A DNA stretch of 64,000 bases from Stellaceae bacterium (GCA_036264235.1 DATARH010000174.1:2386-66385); one strand, 5' to 3'; counted from the stretch's first letter, positions 29,173-37,943 are shown. The notes: generated by a model from the sequence alone, not told the origin. Numbers and translations are program-made.

Positions 29173-30102
29173 TTAAGCCTCGTTGCCGCGGCGGCGGATA
29201 TTGCGAAGGATCAGGATCGCCGCGATCGCCAGGATGGGGAACATGAACAGCGAAACCGACGCGCCGAGCGGAATATCATTGCCCCAGATGCCGAGCGTAA
29301 AGGCCCAGGTCGCAAACACGTGCGTCTGATCGACCGGACCGCCGTTAGTCAAAACCTTGACGATGTCGAAATTGGCGAAGGTTACAATCAGCGAGAACAG
29401 CGCCGTAATCTGGATGATGTTACGCATCATCGGCAGGTTCACGTACCAGATTTTCTGCCACCAATTGGCGCCGTCGATCGCTGCCGCCTCGTGCAATTGC
29501 TCCGGCACTGATTTCAGCGCAGCCAGATACATGATCATAAAGAACGGGGCGCCGACCCAGACATTGTCGAGAATAATACCTGTCCGCGCCCAATAGGGAT
29601 TGCCGAGCCAAGCGACTTCCGGAATGCCGATATGGCGGAACACCCAGTTGAAGGCGCTGTAGGAAGGATCGAACAGCCACAGCCAAGCCAGGGTGCTCAT
29701 CGCCGGCGGGATCACCCATGGCACCAACAGCATGCCGCGCCACTTGCGTTGACCTTTTTGCGGGATGTTGTGGACGAAATGGGCAACGACGAAACCGATA
29801 ATCGCCTTGAAGATCACGGCGGTGATCGCGAACAGGCAGGACTGCTCGACCACCATCCAGAAGGTATTGCGCTTGAACAGGAACTCGAAATTGCCGAAGC
29901 CGACAAATTTCGTCATCGACTTATTCAAGGTCGCCAAATGTATCGAATACAGCGCCGGATAGAGCACCAGGCACGCGATGATCGTGATCAGAGGCAGCGC
30001 AAACAAGAACGCGACCCATGCCTTGCGATGAGCAAGACGCCGGGCACTAATCCGAGGAATCGTCCGGCGTACATTGAGATCGCGGGCGACGGCATCGGCC
30101 AT
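29173..30102 (-). CDS. carbohydrate ABC transporter permease (MalF/UgpA-like)
   Basis: EAA loop is QLHEAAAIDGANWWQKIWYVNLP. I moved the start to the ATG at 30102 (MADAVARD), which has GAGGAG upstream. Confidence 0.9.
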   Translation of the reverse strand: MADAVARDLNVRRTIPRISARRLAHRKAWVAFLFALPLITIIACLVLYPALYSIHLATLNKSMTKFVGFGNFEFLFKRNTFWMVVEQSCLFAITAVIFKAIIGFVVAHFVHNIPQKGQRKWRGMLLVPWVIPPAMSTLAWLWLFDPSYSAFNWVFRHIGIPEVAWLGNPYWARTGIILDNVWVGAPFFMIMYLAALKSVPEQLHEAAAIDGANWWQKIWYVNLPMMRNIIQITALFSLIVTFANFDIVKVLTNGGPVDQTHVFATWAFTLGIWGNDIPLGASVSLFMFPILAIAAILILRNIRRRGNEA

Positions 30103-30220
30103 TGACTGACTCTCCTCAAAGTGCCGCAGGCCCGTCGAGCGGGGCGCCGGCGCTCCTCTTGCAATGCTACCCGGGTCGGGAAAGCCCTGCTGGCATACTA
30201 ACCCAGCAATACGCAATTGT

Positions 30221-32074
30221 TTATGGATTTTGGGAGCTATCACCTGCGGCGTCTTTTCCGGTCGTTGGGCTGAAGATGCCGGCGTCGTCCTGCGCGATGC
30301 TGCGGCGCCGCTCCAGCTCCTGGGCATACCGGCGCAGCGCATAGGCTTCGCTCAGATAACCGATCACCCTTTTGTGTTCGGGATTGTCGACCACCGGGAG
30401 GGCTTCTTGTGCCGTCTCGCGAAAGCGGATCAGCGCGGTCCGGAGATCCTGGTCGGCCAGCAGGAATGGCGGCTCCGGCTCGACCAGGTCGGCGACCTTC
30501 CAGCCCTCTTTCGGAGTGTCGCCTCGGCTTGCCTCGGCCGGATCGATGATTCCGGCAAGGCGGCCGCCACTGTCGACGACGAAGACCTGCTTCGTGCTGC
30601 CAGCCGGAAATCGTTGCCGCAATTCGGCGACTGAAAGATCGTCGGCGATAACGGCGGGGTCCCGGCGCATCAGCGGGCCGATCTTCAACTCGTCGAGCCA
30701 GCCGATATCCTCGGGGCTGCGGATTTTCAAGCCGCGCAGATGGAAGCGCCATGTGGCAAACGAGTACCCGAACCACTGTCGCACCGCGACCGCCGCGATT
30801 ACGACCGCAACCATCACGCCGACCGTCGCCGAGAAGTCGCCGGTTGTCTCCAACACCAGCATGATCATGGTTACCGGCGCGCCGACGATCGCCGCCGCGA
30901 CGGCCCCCATCCCGACCAGCGAGAACAGTACCGGATCGGGGCTCAGCGCCGGAAACAGCCGCGCCATCGACAGCCCCAGGAAGCTTCCGAACAGGCTGCC
31001 AAGAAACAGCGAGGTGCTGAACAATCCGCCGCGGAACCCGCTGCCGATCGAAACCGCCGAAGCGACGATCTTGGCAACAACCAGCGCCGCGAGCAGCGGT
31101 GGCTCGTACCCCCAATGCAATTGCCGCAAGATGCCGCCATGGCCGCTGCCGAGCACCTGCGGCAGAGCGACCGCGATCATGCCGACAATAAGCCCGCCGA
31201 TCGCCGGCCGCGCCCAACGCGGCACGAACAGCCGGCGGAACAGCGCCTCCGTCTCCGTGACGCCCTTCATGACCGCGATTCCGAGCCCGGCGGCGGACAA
31301 GCCGATCCCGATAAAGGCCAGATAATCCGCCGTGCTCAGCTGGGTGTGGTGGTAGACGACAAAGATCGGGCCGCCACCTTGCAAAGCGCGTCCCGTGAAG
31401 GCGCCGACCAGCGCCGCGATCCCGATCGGTGCCAGCGTCTGCAGAGTGTAGCTGCCGACGATCAGCTCGAATGCGTAAAATGCGCCGGCGAGCGGCGCGT
31501 TGAATGCGGCCGCGATCGCGCCGGCTGCGCCGCAACCGACCAGCGTGCGAACGTCGTCACGCCGCAGGGCGAGATGGCGGCCGATGCGCGAGCCCATTGC
31601 CGCACCGAGCTGGGTATAGGCGGCCTCGAGCCCGACCGACGCACCGAACCCACCCGACAAGACAGTGACCAGGACCAGCCCGATACTGTCGCCGAGCGAC
31701 ATCCGGCCGCCGAACAGGGCATTGGCCTCGATCGCATCGACGACTTCGCGCGGTCGCCAGCGCCGCAGCAACATCAGTGCGGCGCCGACCAGGATGCCGC
31801 CGAGTATCGGCATCGTCAGGACCCTGAGCCGTGGCAGATCCGCGGTGTCGCTCAGATGCGCCCCGAGGGGCAGGTTGAACAAGACGCTGTGCAACAGCGC
31901 CATGATTTCGTCGAGCAGAATGACACCAAGTCCCGCCAGGATGCCCACGCCGGCAGCGAGCACGACAAGGAACAGTTCGCTGTCGCGCAGGCGCGGCGCG
32001 GCCGGGCTTGCCGTTTCGGCCCGCAGGTCCGCAGCGGGATGCGTCGGTACGATATCGGCCACGGGCGTGGCCAT
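30221..32074 (-). CDS. ClC-family chloride channel/antiporter with a C-terminal CBS pair
   Basis: The GSGHGG/GREGP-like region reads LGSGHGG, alongside GAAAGIAAAFNAPLAG-type (GAAGAIAAAFNAPLAG) and GxFxP-like motifs. The C-terminus carries CBS-like repeats. Confidence 0.9.
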   Translation of the reverse strand: MATPVADIVPTHPAADLRAETASPAAPRLRDSELFLVVLAAGVGILAGLGVILLDEIMALLHSVLFNLPLGAHLSDTADLPRLRVLTMPILGGILVGAALMLLRRWRPREVVDAIEANALFGGRMSLGDSIGLVLVTVLSGGFGASVGLEAAYTQLGAAMGSRIGRHLALRRDDVRTLVGCGAAGAIAAAFNAPLAGAFYAFELIVGSYTLQTLAPIGIAALVGAFTGRALQGGGPIFVVYHHTQLSTADYLAFIGIGLSAAGLGIAVMKGVTETEALFRRLFVPRWARPAIGGLIVGMIAVALPQVLGSGHGGILRQLHWGYEPPLLAALVVAKIVASAVSIGSGFRGGLFSTSLFLGSLFGSFLGLSMARLFPALSPDPVLFSLVGMGAVAAAIVGAPVTMIMLVLETTGDFSATVGVMVAVVIAAVAVRQWFGYSFATWRFHLRGLKIRSPEDIGWLDELKIGPLMRRDPAVIADDLSVAELRQRFPAGSTKQVFVVDSGGRLAGIIDPAEASRGDTPKEGWKVADLVEPEPPFLLADQDLRTALIRFRETAQEALPVVDNPEHKRVIGYLSEAYALRRYAQELERRRSIAQDDAGIFSPTTGKDAAGDSSQNP

Positions 32075-32109
32075 AGGTCAGTGTGCGCGCAGTGGCAAGG
32101 ACGCGCGGC

Positions 32110-33141
32110 TCAGCGTTCGGTCAGCTTCAATTCGATGCGCCGGTTGCGGCGGTAGGCATCGTCGCTCTGCCCGGCATCGATCGGCTGGTTGTCGGCAAAA
32201 CCGGCGGCGGCGAGCCGTGATGCGGGCACGCCTTGTTCGACCGCATAGCGCACAACAGAAATCGCTCGCGCTGCCGACAGTTCCCAGTTGGAGGCGAATT
32301 GCGCGTTATGGATCGGCCGCTGGTCGGTATGCCCGTCGATTCGCAACACCCAATTCACGTCTTTCGGAATTTTCGCGGAGATTTCCTTCAGTGCCGTAAT
32401 GACCGGATCAAGCTGGTGTTTGGCGGCGTCGCCGAGCTCGGCGCTGCCCTGCGCAAACAGCACCTCCGATTGGAAGACAAAGCGGTCGCCGACCATCCGT
32501 ATATCCGGCCGCTCGCCGATGATTTCGCGGAGCCGCCCAAAGAACTCAGAGCGGTACTTGGCCAGCTCCGCGACCTTATTGACGAGCGCCAGGTTGAGCC
32601 GCTTGCCGAGATCGACGATCTGGCCCTGCTGGTCCTTGACCTTTGCCTCCGATGCGTCGAGGGCCGCCGCGATCTTCGCCAATTGATCGCGCAGAAGTGC
32701 GAGCTGAGCACTCAACGCTTCGACTTCGGCGCGAGCGGCACGAGTCTTTTCCTGCTCCGCCGTGACCGCGACCTCGGTATCCTGCAGCTTCCCGGTCGCT
32801 GCTTCGGCACGGCTGCTTTCCTCGTTCAGCCGCGCCGTCAGTTCCCCGAGCCGCGTTGCCAGCGACTCGCGCTCGGCAAGCGCGCCTGTGAGCCTCTTCG
32901 ACAGATCCGTCGAATTGCTGCGCTCCAGCGACAGCAAGCTGCTGAGATCGTTGACCTGCTGCTGTAGTTCCTTCAGCGCCTGGTCGCGGCCAGACAGAGC
33001 ATCCGACAGAAAGAACTGACCGGCTGTGAACACCAGCAGCACAAAGATGATCACCATCAGGAGCTGCGACAACGCATCGACGAAGCCGGGCCATATGTCG
33101 ATGCTGGAACGCCGCGAGCGGCGCCGATTTGCTAGCGCCAT
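32110..33141 (-). CDS. MotB/OmpA-like peptidoglycan-binding protein with a long coiled-coil linker
   Basis: An N-terminal MotB-like plug plus TM segment (IDIWPGFVDALSQLLMVIIFVLLVF). Then about 170 aa of heptad-like Ala/Glu/Leu/Gln sequence. The C-terminal OmpA_C domain reads LRIDGHTDQRPI...NWELSAARAISVVRY...NRRIELKL. Confidence 0.85.
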   Translation of the reverse strand: MALANRRRSRRSSIDIWPGFVDALSQLLMVIIFVLLVFTAGQFFLSDALSGRDQALKELQQQVNDLSSLLSLERSNSTDLSKRLTGALAERESLATRLGELTARLNEESSRAEAATGKLQDTEVAVTAEQEKTRAARAEVEALSAQLALLRDQLAKIAAALDASEAKVKDQQGQIVDLGKRLNLALVNKVAELAKYRSEFFGRLREIIGERPDIRMVGDRFVFQSEVLFAQGSAELGDAAKHQLDPVITALKEISAKIPKDVNWVLRIDGHTDQRPIHNAQFASNWELSAARAISVVRYAVEQGVPASRLAAAGFADNQPIDAGQSDDAYRRNRRIELKLTER

Positions 33142-33158
33142 CTAGGCCTTATCCGGGA

Positions 33159-34355
33159 TCATCGGTTCTCGTCGGCAAGGGCGGCGATCGTGCGGGCAAG
33201 TAGGCGGATTTCGGCACGTACATCCTGCACCGTCTGCACCCGGCCCTCGGCTGCTTCCTCGGTTAGGCGAGCAAGATAGGCTTCGATATTACGCAGATGG
33301 CTGCGCAGGACGTCGTCCTGGCCAAGTGAGTTTTCCGCGACCGTGGCGAGCCGGGCCAGCGACGGCTTCAGCTCCATCTGGTTCTCGGCGAGCCTGACCA
33401 TCAGCATCTGGCCCGCCTTCATGTGCTCGCCGATTGTCCCGAGCCGGTCGGCAAGGGTGGCGAGGCTGGCATTGACCCCGAGCCGCCCCTCCTCGCTGCG
33501 CGCCAGAATACGCTGCAGGTTTTCCATGCTGTCGGCGGTCTGTTCGAGCAGCGCCTGGATATAAGCCGGCACTGCCGTGTCGCCGCCGTCGCCGAGCGCC
33601 CCGGAAGACAGCCGCGTATAGGTCGACAGCCACTCTTCAAGATCATTGTAGAAGCGGTTCTGGGCCTGTCCCGCTTGCAAATCCAGAAAACCCAGTACGA
33701 GGCTGCCGGCGAGGCCGAATAGCGAGGAGCTGAACGCCGTTGCCATGCCGTGCAGCGGCGACTCCAATCCAGCTTTTAGATCCGCAAAGGCGCGGGCAAG
33801 ATCGCCCGAGCCGACGCTGAGGCCGCCGATGACACCGCCGACCGATCGCACTGTTTCCAGCAGGCCATAGAAGGTGCCGAGCAGGCCGAGGAACACCAGC
33901 AGTCCGATCAGATAACGGGAGGTCTCGCGGGTTTCGTCGAGGCGAGAGCCGATCCCGTCGAGCAGCGTCTGCATTGAGGTCGCCGACAGGCTGACACGGC
34001 CGCCGCGTCGCGCACCCAGCATCCGCGCCATCGGTGCCAGCAGGCGTGGGGCAGGGCGGGTCGGTGGGGTCAGGCCGCGGTTAGCCAAGCTCTCGCGGAA
34101 GTCCTCGATCCAGGCAACCTCCGGACCGAGCCGCAGCACTTGGCGGAATATATAGACGATGCCGGCGACGAGAATGCCGAGGATGACACCGTTGACGGCT
34201 GGGTTGCCCATGAACGCGGCAAACAACGGCTGGCCCAGTGCGGCCGCCAGCGCGATCACCAGCATCAGAAAAAGAACCATGCGGAGCAGGAAGCGGTGCG
34301 AGCGGCTCATCTCGCGCTTGTGGTTCCGCGCCGCTTCGGCGGCAATCTCTGCCAT
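33159..34355 (-). CDS. MotA/TolQ/ExbB-family proton channel protein with a C-terminal coiled-coil extension
   Basis: Channel core is LIGLLVFLGLLGTFYGLLETV...MATAFSSSLFGLAGSLVLGF. About 150 further residues follow, rich in Leu, Ala, Glu and Arg. It ends 17 nt upstream of the MotB-like gene. Confidence 0.8.
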   Translation of the reverse strand: MAEIAAEAARNHKREMSRSHRFLLRMVLFLMLVIALAAALGQPLFAAFMGNPAVNGVILGILVAGIVYIFRQVLRLGPEVAWIEDFRESLANRGLTPPTRPAPRLLAPMARMLGARRGGRVSLSATSMQTLLDGIGSRLDETRETSRYLIGLLVFLGLLGTFYGLLETVRSVGGVIGGLSVGSGDLARAFADLKAGLESPLHGMATAFSSSLFGLAGSLVLGFLDLQAGQAQNRFYNDLEEWLSTYTRLSSGALGDGGDTAVPAYIQALLEQTADSMENLQRILARSEEGRLGVNASLATLADRLGTIGEHMKAGQMLMVRLAENQMELKPSLARLATVAENSLGQDDVLRSHLRNIEAYLARLTEEAAEGRVQTVQDVRAEIRLLARTIAALADENR

Positions 34356-34415
34356 ACCCGAACCTAACTGATGCGCTGCAGCCGCGACATGGATTTTCCG
34401 ACGCAGCAGCAGCGC

Positions 34416-35231
34416 TTAACCCGCTTTCGCCCCGCCGCGCAGCGCCTCCTTCAACAACGCTGCCAACGGTAGATGCAGGCGATCGTTGGCAGCGAGCACA
34501 TCGCCGCTCGTCATCATGGTTTGGCCGCCGGCGAGATCGCTGACATAGCCGCCGGCCTCACGCACCAGCAGCAACCCGGCGGCGATGTCCCATGGTGCCA
34601 ACCCGAATTCCCAGAACCCATCGAAGCGGCCCGCCGCGACATAGGCGAAATCCAGCGCCGCGGCCCCAAAGCGCCGTACGCCGTGCGTCGCCGGCATCAC
34701 CGCCGCCAAGGTGGCGAGATATTCGGGCTGCCGCGCGCGGTCGCGGAACGGGATGCCGGTCCCGATCAATGCATCCCCTAGCTGGCGTCGCGCCGATACC
34801 CGCAAGCGGCGATCGTTGAGATAGGCGCCAACTCCCTTTTCGGCCCAGAACATCTCGTCGCGCGTGGGCTCGTAGATCAGGCCGGCGACAATCTCGCCGT
34901 CGCGCTCTAGCGCAATCGAAATGCAGAAATGCGGGATCCCGTGCAGGAAATTGGTGGTGCCGTCGAGCGGATCGACGATCCAGCGATGACGCGGGTCGGT
35001 ACCCTCCGCCGCGCCGCCTTCCTCGAACAGCAGCGCATATCCCGGCCGGGCCCGGGTCAGTTCCGTCTTCAGCGTGCGCTCCGCCTTGAGATCAGCGCTC
35101 GAGACGAAGTCGCCCGGCCCCTTGACCGAGACCTGCAGTTGCTCGACTTCGCCGAAATCGCGCCGGAGCCCACGCGCCGCCTTCAGCGCGGCGTTTGCCA
35201 TGACGTTGATGACCGGCGAGCGCACCGCCAT
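34416..35231 (-). CDS. inositol monophosphatase family protein (SuhB-like)
   Basis: FEEGG, WIVDPLDGTTNFLHG, and WDIAAG motifs. Confidence 0.9.
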   Translation of the reverse strand: MAVRSPVINVMANAALKAARGLRRDFGEVEQLQVSVKGPGDFVSSADLKAERTLKTELTRARPGYALLFEEGGAAEGTDPRHRWIVDPLDGTTNFLHGIPHFCISIALERDGEIVAGLIYEPTRDEMFWAEKGVGAYLNDRRLRVSARRQLGDALIGTGIPFRDRARQPEYLATLAAVMPATHGVRRFGAAALDFAYVAAGRFDGFWEFGLAPWDIAAGLLLVREAGGYVSDLAGGQTMMTSGDVLAANDRLHLPLAALLKEALRGGAKAG

Positions 35232-35263
35232 GACCGTGTTCCCTTACGCGCGACGACCGGAGC

Positions 35264-35830
35264 TTAGTCCTTGGCGCGTTCTACGAAGGTCGCGTCGGCG
35301 GTGTTGACGACAATCCGGGTGCCGGTCTCGATATAGGGCGGGATCATCACCCTCCGGCCGTTTTCGAGTTTGCCGGGCTTGTAGGATGACGAAGCCGTTT
35401 GGCCGCGCACGACCGGGTCGGCTTCGACAACCTGCATCGTCACCGACTGCGGCATTTCGATCGACAGCGGCGTTCCTTCGTGGAGCATGACGGTGCAGGT
35501 CATGCCGTCCTGTAGGAAATCGGCCGGATCGCCAATCAGTTCGCGCGGCACCGTGACCTGCTCGAAGCTGTCATTGTCCATGAAGGTCGCCTCGTCGCCC
35601 TCCATGTAGAGAAATTGCATCTCTTTTTCGTCGAGCCGGACACGCTCGACCGTTTCCTGGGTGCGGAAGCGCTCGCTGGTCTTGTTGCCGCCGCGCAGGT
35701 CGCGCATCTCGACCTGGGCAAAGGCGCCGCCTTTGCCCGGCTGCACCAGCTCGCGCTTGACGACGAGCCACAGCTTGTTCTGGTGCTCGAGCACGTTGCC
35801 CGGCTTGATATCGATCGCGTTGATCTTCAT
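35264..35830 (-). CDS. efp: elongation factor P
   Basis: MKINAIDIKPGNVLEHQNKLWLVVKRELVQPGKGGAFAQVEMRDL, 188 aa, ATG at 35830. The track start at 35998 is an unsupported extension. Confidence 0.95.
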   Translation of the reverse strand: MKINAIDIKPGNVLEHQNKLWLVVKRELVQPGKGGAFAQVEMRDLRGGNKTSERFRTQETVERVRLDEKEMQFLYMEGDEATFMDNDSFEQVTVPRELIGDPADFLQDGMTCTVMLHEGTPLSIEMPQSVTMQVVEADPVVRGQTASSSYKPGKLENGRRVMIPPYIETGTRIVVNTADATFVERAKD

Positions 35831-35954
35831 GTCGGAGAATCTCGGCTTCGGTTCGGGGCTATAGCTGGGGATTTGCGGCGCTTCGTACCAGCGTGGCGGC
35901 CGCCGGAAAAGCGGAATGCGAGGCGCGGGAAGGCGCAGCGGAGGTGCGGCGGCG

Positions 35955-36989
35955 ATGCGATCTTGGCGGCCCGACTCGCTGGCGCGCCGCCGCGCCAATC
36001 TCGAACTGCGCGGCCGCGTGATTGCCGCTGTGCGCGAGTTCTTCGCCGAGGCGGGATTTGTCGAGGTCGATACACCTGCCTTGCAGGTCAGTCCGGGCCT
36101 CGAACCACACCTGAAGGCGTTTGCGACCGTGCTGCACGACCCGCTGAGCGGCGCGGCGGTGCCGCGCTACCTGCACACCTCGCCCGAATTCGCGATGAAG
36201 AAACTGCTGGCCGGCGGCATGGAGCGGATTTGGCAACTGTGTCACGTCTTCCGCGACGGCGAGCGCGGCGCGACGCATCACCCCGAATTCGTAATGATCG
36301 AATGGTACCGCGCCGGTGCGTCCTACCGAGACATCATGGCCGATTGCGAGGCGCTGCTGCGCCGCGTACAGCAAGCGGCCGCAGCAGAGGCGTTCCGCTG
36401 GCAAACCAAGAGCGCGGATGCACGCCGGCCGTGGCAGTACATCACTGTCGCCGATGCCTTTCGCGATTTTGCGGGTATCGACTTGCTTGCCACGATGGCC
36501 GACCCGCGGAAGCCGAACTTGGAAACGCTTGCTGTGGCCGCGCGACAGGCGGGGGTTCCGCCGCATCCGGGCGATGATTGGGAGACGCTGTTTTTCCGCA
36601 TCATGCTCGACCGGATCGAACCACGGCTTGGCATCGGCGCGCCCACCGTCCTCTATGACTACCCGCTGGCCCAGGCGGCGCTGGCGCGGCGCAAGCCAGA
36701 AGATCCGCGGCTTGCCGAGCGGTTCGAGCTCTATGTCTGCGGTCTCGAATTGGCCAATGCGTTCGGCGAACTGACCAACCCAGTTGAGCAGCGGGCCCGA
36801 TTCGAGGTCGAGCAACGAAAAAAGCAGGCGCTTTACGGGGAGACCTACCCCATTGACGAGGATTTTCTCGCCGCTCTCGAACACGGTCTGCCGGGTTGCG
36901 CCGGCATCGCGCTCGGCTTCGACCGGCTGGTGATGCTCGCGGCCGGCGCGGGCCACATCGAAGACGTGCTGTGGCTGCCGGTCGGCTAG
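35955..36989 (+). CDS. epmA: EF-P lysine-34 (R)-beta-lysine ligase, a class-II LysRS paralogue (EpmA/GenX/PoxA)
   Basis: RGRVIAAVREFFAEAGFVEVDTPAL, YLHTSPEFAMKKLLAGG, HPEFVMIEWY, and ELANAFGEL with GCAGIALGFDRLVML. I prefer the ATG at 35955, which has GGAGG 10 nt upstream. 35916 is an alternative. Confidence 0.85.
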   Translation: MRSWRPDSLARRRANLELRGRVIAAVREFFAEAGFVEVDTPALQVSPGLEPHLKAFATVLHDPLSGAAVPRYLHTSPEFAMKKLLAGGMERIWQLCHVFRDGERGATHHPEFVMIEWYRAGASYRDIMADCEALLRRVQQAAAAEAFRWQTKSADARRPWQYITVADAFRDFAGIDLLATMADPRKPNLETLAVAARQAGVPPHPGDDWETLFFRIMLDRIEPRLGIGAPTVLYDYPLAQAALARRKPEDPRLAERFELYVCGLELANAFGELTNPVEQRARFEVEQRKKQALYGETYPIDEDFLAALEHGLPGCAGIALGFDRLVMLAAGAGHIEDVLWLPVG

Positions 36990-37047
36990 GCCGACGCGGC
37001 GAAAAAGGCTAATCTGACGGCCCTTCAGTTGAGGCCGGACAAAGCTG

Positions 37048-37245
37048 ATGTGGCGCCGGGTCATTGAGGAACAGGAAGAAGCTCGCCGGACCGCGGCGTT
37101 GATGGGCTTTATCGTTGTTCTGGTGCTGGCAATCGCCGGGCTGTTGCTGATGCGCGAACTAGCCAAAAAATCTCGCCTTGAGGACTGCCTGATGTCGGGC
37201 CGCAGCAATTGCGCGCCTATCGAGGCGCCGCCGCGCCGGTACTAA
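37048..37245 (+). CDS. small single-pass membrane protein (65 aa), hypothetical
   Basis: One clear TM helix (LMGFIVVLVLAIAGLLLM). Third positions are host-like, and a strong hairpin terminator follows. Confidence 0.4.
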   Translation: MWRRVIEEQEEARRTAALMGFIVVLVLAIAGLLLMRELAKKSRLEDCLMSGRSNCAPIEAPPRRY

Positions 37246-37261
37246 CCGGGCGACCCGGGCA

Positions 37262-37300
37262 CAACAAAACCGGGCGCCGCGAACGGCGCCCGGCTTCGTT
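37262..37300. terminator. bidirectional rho-independent terminator between convergent genes
   Basis: A perfect 10-bp GC stem, CCGGGCGCCG (37270-37279) with CGGCGCCCGG (37284-37293), closes a CGAA loop. On the minus strand it is followed by TTTTGTTG (downstream of gene A). On the plus strand it is followed by CTTCGTT. Confidence 0.7.
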
Positions 37301-37310
37301 GAGGACGGGC

Positions 37311-37943
37311 TTAGTGCCGATGCCCGCGATGGTGACCGCGGCCCCTGCCTCGGTCCATGTCACCGCCGGCTGAACTGCTGCCCACGCCGAGGGCCGAGGA
37401 CGAGCCCGAGCGGCTTCCGGCGGTCGAACCGCCGGTGCCCATCGAGCTGCTTGTGCCGTTCCTGGAGCTGCCGGCTGAGCTGCCGCCGGTGCCGAGCGCG
37501 GTGCTGGACGAGCCCTTGCCGGCCGTCGAAGCGCCGGTGCCAAGCGTGCTTGAGGAGCCGCTGCCGCTCTTCCCGCCGGCACTGCTGCCGCCGGTGCCAA
37601 GCGCGCTGCTGGCCGAGCCGTTGCCTGCAGTGGCGCCGCCGACGCCTAGCGTGCTAGCAGAGCCGCTGCCGCTGCCCCCGCCCGCGGCGCTTCCGCCGGT
37701 GCCGAGTGCGGTGCTGGCCGAGCCGTTGCCGGCGGTGGCGCCGCCGACACCCAGCGTGCTCGCCGAGCCGCTGCCGCTCCCGCCGGCGCTGCTACCGCCG
37801 GTACCGAGCGCAGTACTGGCCGAGCCGCCGCCCGCGGTGCTGCCACCGGCCCCGACCGTCGAGCTCGACTGGGCGTAGGCCATCGCCGCTCCGCCCGCCA
37901 TCAGAGCCGCTACGAGCGCCGTTGCTTTCAGTTTATCCCACAT
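37311..37943 (-). CDS. secreted Gly/Ser/Ala/Thr-rich tandem-repeat protein with an Arg/His C-terminal tail (gene A of the cluster)
   Basis: Signal peptide MWDKLKATALVAALMAGGAAMAYA|Q. AGGAGA lies 6 nt upstream of the ATG, and a terminator lies downstream. About five 34-35-aa repeats (GSASTALGTGGSSAGGSGSGSASTLGVGGATAGN). The tail is DMDRGRGRGHHRGHRH. The antisense Pro-rich frame is also open, so the strand call rests on the signal peptide, the RBS and the terminator. Confidence 0.65.
   Translation of the reverse strand: MWDKLKATALVAALMAGGAAMAYAQSSSTVGAGGSTAGGGSASTALGTGGSSAGGSGSGSASTLGVGGATAGNGSASTALGTGGSAAGGGSGSGSASTLGVGGATAGNGSASSALGTGGSSAGGKSGSGSSSTLGTGASTAGKGSSSTALGTGGSSAGSSRNGTSSSMGTGGSTAGSRSGSSSALGVGSSSAGGDMDRGRGRGHHRGHRH
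37362..37856 (-). repeat. in-frame tandem coding repeats, about 102-105 nt period (two ~51-nt half units)
   Basis: Near-identical DNA blocks are visible. On the plus strand, gccgccggtgccaagcgcgctgctggccgagccgttgcc... recurs as gccgccggtgccgagtgcggtgctggccgagccgttgcc... about 105 nt later. Confidence 0.8.

Noticed and set aside
32075-32109. A possible fluoride riboswitch upstream of the ClC channel gene
   Set aside because: Only 35 nt separate the ClC start from the preceding gene. That is too short for a crcB-motif riboswitch, and no such motif is visible.
32110-34355. The MotA/MotB-like pair as Zorya (ZorA/ZorB) defence genes
   Set aside because: No ZorC/ZorD/ZorE-like genes follow. The MotA-like protein is only 398 aa, well short of a ZorA-length tail. 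The long coiled coil is on the MotB-like subunit instead, and the neighbours are housekeeping genes.
37362-37856. Regular ~100-nt periodic repeats that could be mistaken for a CRISPR-like or satellite array
   Set aside because: The repeats are contiguous, with no unique spacers. They are in frame and encode the Gly/Ser repeat units of gene A.
37357-37878. Pro/Leu/Ala/Glu-rich repeat ORFs antisense to the Gly-rich genes: 37357..37878(+), 38227..38589(-) and 39355..40116(+)
   Set aside because: They share the wobble position with the Gly-rich frames, so they stay open and show the same GC3. They lack signal peptides, ribosome-binding sites and correctly oriented terminators, all of which the Gly-rich frames have. 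One of them spans two genes plus an intergenic gap. Without expression data I cannot exclude them completely.
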